64,000 nt of DNA, taken from NCBI GenBank assembly GCA_963665775.2, contig CAXXTF010000002.1:704001-768000 (forward strand), written 5' to 3'. The first letter of the stretch is position 1, and every line of letters begins with the position of its first letter. The translations under genes and the position numbers were made by a program. The notes beneath the pieces were generated by a model that saw nothing but the letters and a program-made list of their open reading frames with translations, had not been told where the DNA came from and made no database searches. Below, in pieces: positions 63,944-64,000 of the stretch. Origin of the DNA: Dehalococcoidia bacterium. GTDB taxonomy: Bacteria > Chloroflexota > Dehalococcoidia > SM23-28-2 > RBG-16-64-32.

Positions 63944-64000
63944 TGACTCGTCCCTCCGGCCTAGCGGCTGATGCTGATGTAACGGAGGTTAGGGATCACA

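Overview
GC-rich chromosomal window, most likely from a Chloroflexota bacterium of class Dehalococcoidia (inferred from 16S signatures and protein family types). Unlike Dehalococcoides it carries a full elongasome (mreBCD-mrdA-rodA). It is mostly core genome: pcrA, maf, rlmD, tilS, one rRNA operon, rpsA-clpC-radA, ligA, his genes, rplU-rpmA-rpmE, TCA/fumarate genes (icd, mdh, split fumarase, frdABCD), nadK/tlyA, tig-clpP-clpX and dpp/opp permeases. There is one small accessory patch at about 3.0-6.9 kb made of exported proteins and gene remnants. I found no CRISPR array, prophage or transposase. The most notable signals are: (1) an orphan HydBC/NuoEF module that has lost exactly one ferredoxin cluster, directly upstream of a glutaredoxin-thioredoxin reductase fusion lacking the NADPH motif; (2) an rRNA operon ordered 16S-Ile-Ala-23S-fMet-5S, with a second consensus promoter before 23S and a small ORF in the ITS; (3) a palindromic element inserted in frame in pcrA; (4) a probable ATC start codon for rplU; (5) an orphan Ser-type proteasome-like Ntn hydrolase; (6) a CCPFF-motif protein wedged between the two fumarase subunits. 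All calls come from reading motifs by eye; no database searches were run.
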